Of a DNA stretch of 32,000 bases, positions 27,391 through 32,000 are shown piece after piece. The first letter of the stretch is position 1, and every line of letters begins with the position of its first letter. The stretch spans positions 180,001 through 212,000 of the forward strand of contig OY969931.1 of assembly GCA_963704705.1 (NCBI GenBank), written 5' to 3'. The notes below the pieces were generated by a model. That model saw nothing but the letters and a program-made list of their open reading frames with translations, searched no databases and was not told where the DNA came from. The position numbers were made by a program, and so were the translations under genes. This DNA comes from an uncultured bacterium (lineage in GTDB: Bacteria; Patescibacteriota; Gracilibacteria; UBA1369; PNNO01).

Positions 27391-27591
27391 TTATTTGACC
27401 TCTATCGTTTTAATCATATCAATCACTTCATCCTCCTGGCTTTGTCATCCAAATATTGCCCAACAACATAATAGCTTTGGTTTGATCCTGTTGTTGGAAT
27501 CATCATAATATTCATTGAATTCGGTAATCTTTTCAATTTTGCCTTGCATCTCATTAAAAATTGTAATGTCAAAATACCTGTTTGATTTCAT
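27391..27591 (-). pseudogene. short ORF interrupted by an in-frame TGA at 27445-27447 (MKSNRYFDITIFNEMQGKIEKITEFNEYYDDSNNRIKPKLLCCWAIFG[TGA]QSQEDEVIDMIKTIEVK)
   Basis: manual translation; host-like codons on both sides of the TGA. Confidence 0.3.
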
Positions 27592-27630
27592 TTATTAAAC
27601 AAGTATAATAAAAAACTCTTAAAGAGATTT

Positions 27631-27987
27631 ATGAAATTTAATTTTTTAAGAAAAATCGGGATATTGCTTCTTGCGATCGCTGCAATACATTTCACATGTT
27701 ATTTTCCTGTTGTATCAGCCAGTTCTTCAATGGAAGATATGACCCATTCAAAGACCATGATTACTGATGAGTCTTTTGGATGTTGCGAAGAGTCTGCTGG
27801 TGTTTGTCATGATGTAGGCGATTTGTCTTTTTTGAATTTTGTAGCTTTTGAAATATGGGACAATAGTTTTATCAGATTTATAAATACTGATTTAAAACTT
27901 TCTGAAAAAAATGTTAAATTTCTCAATATATCATTTTTCCCTGATTCGCAGCTTGAGAAAATTAAAACCGTCCAGATAGTGGTCTAA
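27631..27987 (+). CDS. hypothetical secreted/anchored protein with Cys cluster (GCCEESAGVCHD)
   Basis: 118 aa with N-terminal signal-like segment. Confidence 0.6.
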   Translation: MKFNFLRKIGILLLAIAAIHFTCYFPVVSASSSMEDMTHSKTMITDESFGCCEESAGVCHDVGDLSFLNFVAFEIWDNSFIRFINTDLKLSEKNVKFLNISFFPDSQLEKIKTVQIVV

Positions 27988-28025
27988 AATTTAAGATAAT
28001 TTATTTATTATTTAATCTTAAATTT

Positions 28026-28700
28026 ATGTCTAAATTAAAATTTGCAATTTTTTCATCAATCTTATTAATAACGGTAGTGTTTGCTACCGCTTGTACACAG
28101 GGTGTCGCAGATAATACTCAAGCTTCAATAATGGATAACAATAATCAAAATGTATTTGAAATCCGCGATACAGATCATGTTTTTGGAAATCCGGACGCAC
28201 CGATAACTTTATTTGAATATTCGGATTTTGAATGTCCTTATTGCAAAGCGTTTCAAACAACCGCCGAACTTATTGTTAATGAATTTGGTGGAGATGTTAA
28301 CTGGGTATATCGCCATTTTCCTTTATCTTTTCATGAGCCCGCTGCAACCCGCGAAGCGCAGGCAGCTGAATGCGCTGCTGATCAGGGCGGAGATGAAAAA
28401 TTTTGGGAATTCGGAAAAATGATTTATTCAAGAACTTCAGGTAACGGAAGCGGAATTGATAAAGATACTTTGGTTGCAATGTCAGAAGAGGCTGGTCTTG
28501 ATAAAAAGGAATTTGAACAGTGCCTGGATTCCAATAAGTTTCAGGACTATATTAAACAGAGTTCCAAAGAAGGTGTTAATTTAGGTGTTACAGGTACCCC
28601 TGCAACATTTGTTTATGATCATCGAACAGGCGATTCAAGCCTTGTTTCAGGAAATCAATCTTTTGATAAACTAAAAAAATATCTAGAAGGAATTCTTTAA
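28026..28700 (+). CDS. DsbA-family disulfide oxidoreductase lipoprotein
   Basis: 224 aa; lipobox TACT, FEYSDFECPYCKAF active site, GVTGTPATFV cis-Pro loop. Confidence 0.92.
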   Translation: MSKLKFAIFSSILLITVVFATACTQGVADNTQASIMDNNNQNVFEIRDTDHVFGNPDAPITLFEYSDFECPYCKAFQTTAELIVNEFGGDVNWVYRHFPLSFHEPAATREAQAAECAADQGGDEKFWEFGKMIYSRTSGNGSGIDKDTLVAMSEEAGLDKKEFEQCLDSNKFQDYIKQSSKEGVNLGVTGTPATFVYDHRTGDSSLVSGNQSFDKLKKYLEGIL

Positions 28701-28708
28701 TATTTTGG

Positions 28709-28741
28709 ATAGCTCCGTTTAAATTTTTTAGGCGGAGCTAT
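28709..28741. terminator. bidirectional intrinsic terminator ATAGCTCCG...CGGAGCTAT + T-run
   Basis: perfect 9-bp stem between convergent genes. Confidence 0.85.
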
Positions 28742-28743
28742 TT

Positions 28744-29145
28744 TTAAAATTCAGAAGCAGCAAAAAATATTCCAAAGCCTACTGCAAATAACACACCCAA
28801 TGCAACAAGGATCAGCAATACTCGTTTTTTATTTGGAGTTTCTCCTTCTGACTTTTTCTTTTTAGTTATAATTAATGGTATAAAAATCGCAATCCAAAAT
28901 GGGATGAACGATACGAAGTTTTCAGGATTATCAAAAAAGTCTTTATCGATTGAGCCTTCTTTATATGCAAAATATCCCGCAATAAGACCACCTGCAATTA
29001 AAAGAGCCAAGCCAATAAATATAATTATTTTAGTTCTGCTGTTATCTTTTCCATTATTATTGCCTTTTAATCTGTTTCTCTTTTCAAGTTCTTCCAAGGA
29101 GCCCGGGTATTTATGAGGATCAATTTGTTCAAAATTTATATCCAT
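28744..29145 (-). CDS. hypothetical membrane protein (three predicted TM segments)
   Basis: 133 aa with three hydrophobic stretches. Confidence 0.65.
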   Translation of the reverse strand: MDINFEQIDPHKYPGSLEELEKRNRLKGNNNGKDNSRTKIIIFIGLALLIAGGLIAGYFAYKEGSIDKDFFDNPENFVSFIPFWIAIFIPLIITKKKKSEGETPNKKRVLLILVALGVLFAVGFGIFFAASEF

Positions 29146-29156
29146 AGTTTTATTAA

Positions 29157-30131
29157 TTAAGTTGTTTTTCCGAAAATTGCGCGTCCATTTACCGATGCAA
29201 TAGCAACAAGATCATCAAATTTATAATATCTGCATGCTTCCATGAGCATGCGCATTTCAACCCATAAATCTCCATCTAGAAACGGATGATAAAAATCAAA
29301 TACATTATCTACACCAATTGCTACTGTTATCCCTGCTTCAAGCATTTCAGGTACATTTGCAATTGAATTATGTATAGGAGCTTTATATTGATCTAGCTGA
29401 CGCATGCCAAGTGCATTCCCGGGACATACTACAGCACTTACTCCGTTATCCGCCATTCTTTTATAAATTTCCTGTCTATATGATTTTTCCTGCGCTGAAA
29501 CAGATAGCACATGAACAGCTGTTACTTTGCCCTGGTATTTATGTTTCTCAATATAATCTAAAAGCTTTTCTGTGTCTCTTTCATTTGGATTGTTTTCCTG
29601 ATCAATATGAACATGCAGATTTTTACCAAGATTTTTTGCAATACTGAACATATGATCATAATTCTCATCATCATTTGGACGATCGCGTGATGGCAAACCA
29701 CCCGCAATGTCTGCTTTTGCTGTGATTTCTTCATATAAATCACGCGCCGCTTTATCATTAAGTCCCCCTAAAGGCTGAGTCATTGTAATAAAATCGATTT
29801 TGCCTTTATATTCTTCTTTAACTTTATTTGCAGCATCAATATTTTTATGTCCGACCGCATCATAAGCATCAATAAATGACGCACAAACCTTTACGCCTTG
29901 ATCTGCCATGATATCAAGGCCGGTTCGTATTCTTTCTTCAACTTCTTCCTGTGTGGAATTTTTCTTTATATCATCGCTCATAAGCCATTTTTGTTCCATA
30001 TCAACCATGGTTTTATCAAGTTCTTCTTTGGTGATATAAAAAGCTTTATCAAAGTGAGCATGACAATTAACAAAACCGCCATTTTGTTTAACAGCTTCCA
30101 AGAATTGTGATTTTAAATCCCATTTTTGCAT
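29157..30131 (-). CDS. amidohydrolase family protein, cytosine deaminase-like
   Basis: 324 aa; GFVNCHAHFDKAF, HVHIDQENNP, TAVHVLS and GVDNVFDFYHPF motifs. Confidence 0.85.
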   Translation of the reverse strand: MQKWDLKSQFLEAVKQNGGFVNCHAHFDKAFYITKEELDKTMVDMEQKWLMSDDIKKNSTQEEVEERIRTGLDIMADQGVKVCASFIDAYDAVGHKNIDAANKVKEEYKGKIDFITMTQPLGGLNDKAARDLYEEITAKADIAGGLPSRDRPNDDENYDHMFSIAKNLGKNLHVHIDQENNPNERDTEKLLDYIEKHKYQGKVTAVHVLSVSAQEKSYRQEIYKRMADNGVSAVVCPGNALGMRQLDQYKAPIHNSIANVPEMLEAGITVAIGVDNVFDFYHPFLDGDLWVEMRMLMEACRYYKFDDLVAIASVNGRAIFGKTT

Positions 30132-30201
30132 ATCTTTTTTTTAATAATTTTCGAGTTTATTTTATATAAAAAAAACAACTATAGCTAGTTATCTCTTAAA
30201 A

Positions 30202-30277
30202 TGGTGGGTCATACTGGATTCGAACCAGTGACCTTCTCCTTAAAAGGGAGCCGCTCTACCTGCTGAGCTAATGACCC
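30202..30277 (-). tRNA. tRNA-Lys (TTT)
   Basis: cloverleaf with acceptor GGGTCAT/ATGACCC, loop CTTTTAA, encoded CCA. Confidence 0.95.
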
Positions 30278-30325
30278 AAAAAAGATTGCTTCACCATTCT
30301 ACGAATACTTAACCTTTAGCGCAAG

Positions 30326-30901
30326 TTAATTTTCATTTTTCTGTGTAAAAAGGCTGATTCCGAGGAAGCCCAAAGCCGGAAGCATGAACCAAACACTGTA
30401 ATGATCAATGAGTAATCGGGCGATATTCGACTGATTGTAAATATCCTGAAAAGCACTGCTTGTAGCAATAGGGTCACCTACAATAAATGATGAACCTGAA
30501 ACAAAAATTAAAGCAACACTTACTATTAAACAGGCATTTAAAAACCCGAATAATAAATTTATGGCTAGTTTAAAGCCAATAGGGCCGTCAGTTCTTACGT
30601 CTACATCATAGTTGCCTTTAACGGATAAAAGTACAATAAGTACTACAAGCATTATAATTTTAACTAGAGCCGCCGCATCTTCAGGTGTGTTTACATAAAA
30701 AAGCTTCATCATTTTCATAAAATTATCTGATAAAGCCAGAGTCTTCCCGAATAAATTACCCACAGCATCAGCAAAAAGTGCTGACATATAAGTAGCGATT
30801 ATTACTTTTATATTATTGTTTCTGCCAATAATCAAACTGTAGGCAACTACAAGTCCGAAAAATACTATAATTAATAAATCCCACGATAGATTTACATTCA
30901 T
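30326..30901 (-). CDS. hypothetical multi-pass membrane protein
   Basis: 191 aa with about four hydrophobic segments. Confidence 0.65.
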   Translation of the reverse strand: MNVNLSWDLLIIVFFGLVVAYSLIIGRNNNIKVIIATYMSALFADAVGNLFGKTLALSDNFMKMMKLFYVNTPEDAAALVKIIMLVVLIVLLSVKGNYDVDVRTDGPIGFKLAINLLFGFLNACLIVSVALIFVSGSSFIVGDPIATSSAFQDIYNQSNIARLLIDHYSVWFMLPALGFLGISLFTQKNEN

Positions 30902-30955
30902 GCTTTTAATTTAGATCAATATTTATAGTATAACATCATACAAAATTTGGCAAGA

Positions 30956-32000
30956 TTATCCAAAAAGCCCTTTTTTATTTTCTTTAATATTAAGTTTTGC
31001 TTCTGTTGCAAGCTCTTCATAAAGTTCTTTTTCTTTTTTTGTAAGTTTTGCAGGTACATCCAAAATTATTTTAATATAGTGATCTCCCTTTAGCGATGTA
31101 TTAAGTCTCGGCATTCCATAACCCTTTAATTTAAAAACTTTTCCACTGCTTGTGCCTGCAGGAATTTTTAATTTAACTTTTTCATAAACCGTTGGAACTT
31201 CAATTTCGTCTCCAAGAACCCCTTGTAGTAAATGAATTTTTTGTTCCGTATGAATATCATCTCCGCTTCTTACAAATTCTTTGTGAGATTCTACATTAAT
31301 ATGTAAATATAAATCTCCGTAATCTCCGCCTTTAAGTCCTGCTTCACCTTTGCCGCTCAATCTAATTGTTGAATCATCATTTATTCCGGCTGGAATTTTA
31401 ACTTTTACTCTTTCTTTTTTTCTTATTCTGGTTGTGCCGTGACAAACACTGCATTTTTTTTCTGGAGTTCTTCCTTCGCCATGGCATACGTCGCAGGTTC
31501 TTGAAGTAGCTATTTGGCCAAGTAAAGTCTGGCGAATTTCTTTGATTTCACCTGTGCCGTTACATAATGCACATGTGACAATTTTGCTTCCGGGTTCAGC
31601 ACCGGTAGCTTTGCAATGATCACATTTTTCCGCTTTTGTTATTTCAAGTTCACGCTCTGTACCTGTTACACTTTCTTCAAATTTAATTTTGATATTGGCT
31701 TCTATGTCTTCTCCTCTAACAGGTCCTCCTGCACGCGATCTTGTTCTTGAGCTAGAGCCGCCACTAAAAAATGTTTCAAAAATATCAGCAAAACCACCTC
31801 CCATATTTGAAAAATCAAATCCCTGAGCATTAAAGCCTGAATATCCCTGAGCACCGCCATAACCGCCACCTGCACCCTGAGATTGACCAAACTGGTCATA
31901 ATAAGTACGTTTTTTATTGTCCGACAGGGTTTCGTAAGCTTCACTCACTTGTTTGAATTTTGCTTCTGCACTTTTATCTCCTTTATTTTTATCAGGATGA
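30956..32000 (-). CDS. dnaJ: chaperone protein DnaJ, N-terminus truncated by window end
   Basis: four CxxCxGxG-type zinc motifs; reading frame continues past the track GTG to HPDKNKGDKSAEAKFKQVSEAYETLSD, with the J-domain HPD motif. Confidence 0.95.
   Translation of the reverse strand, partial: HPDKNKGDKSAEAKFKQVSEAYETLSDNKKRTYYDQFGQSQGAGGGYGGAQGYSGFNAQGFDFSNMGGGFADIFETFFSGGSSSRTRSRAGGPVRGEDIEANIKIKFEESVTGTERELEITKAEKCDHCKATGAEPGSKIVTCALCNGTGEIKEIRQTLLGQIATSRTCDVCHGEGRTPEKKCSVCHGTTRIRKKERVKVKIPAGINDDSTIRLSGKGEAGLKGGDYGDLYLHINVESHKEFVRSGDDIHTEQKIHLLQGVLGDEIEVPTVYEKVKLKIPAGTSSGKVFKLKGYGMPRLNTSLKGDHYIKIILDVPAKLTKKEKELYEELATEAKLNIKENKKGLFG

Noticed and set aside
27391-27591. Evidence for TGA recoding (genetic code 25) as in Gracilibacteria/SR1
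   Set aside because: TGA terminates tkt and proB in tight ATGA overlaps and conserved proteins here contain no internal TGA.
31946-31948. DnaJ start codon at the track's GTG
   Set aside because: The frame continues upstream into the J-domain HPDKNKGD motif; the real start is outside the window.
1-32000. CRISPR arrays, rRNA genes, transposases or phage modules
   Set aside because: No spaced direct repeats, rRNA signatures or recognisable mobile-element proteins were seen in either strand.

Overview
The window is an AT-rich, gene-dense bacterial segment in standard code. TGA works as a stop in ATGA overlaps such as tkt/LOG and proB/proC. Gene style suggests a Patescibacteria/Peregrinibacteria-like genome, but that is inference only. 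Recognisable content: ribonuclease J, MurB, a CcdA/DipZ-like thiol-redox pair, dCTP deaminase plus a desulforedoxin-like mini protein, two SLH proteins (one fused to a cupredoxin-like domain), and a near-complete pentose-phosphate block (pgl, zwf, gnd, LOG, tkt, pgi, tal). Also present are proA-proC-proB-argH, a DsbA-family protein, an amidohydrolase, dnaJ (truncated by the window end) and seven tRNAs: Tyr, Thr, Pro, Cys, Arg, Lys, plus one non-canonical tRNA-like element. The two most unusual regions are described next. (1) A compact tRNA-like element on the minus strand at 2803-2869 is enclosed by a perfect 12-bp inverted repeat. Its core can pair 14/15 with a segment just upstream of an intrinsic terminator. 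(2) A GC-rich island at about 6107-8010, compositionally foreign to its surroundings, carries lipoprotein-like genes, near-consensus promoters and conserved stem-loops with one compensatory base change. A cluster of palindromes and 18-bp tandem repeats upstream of argH is also notable. No CRISPR array, rRNA or transposase was seen.
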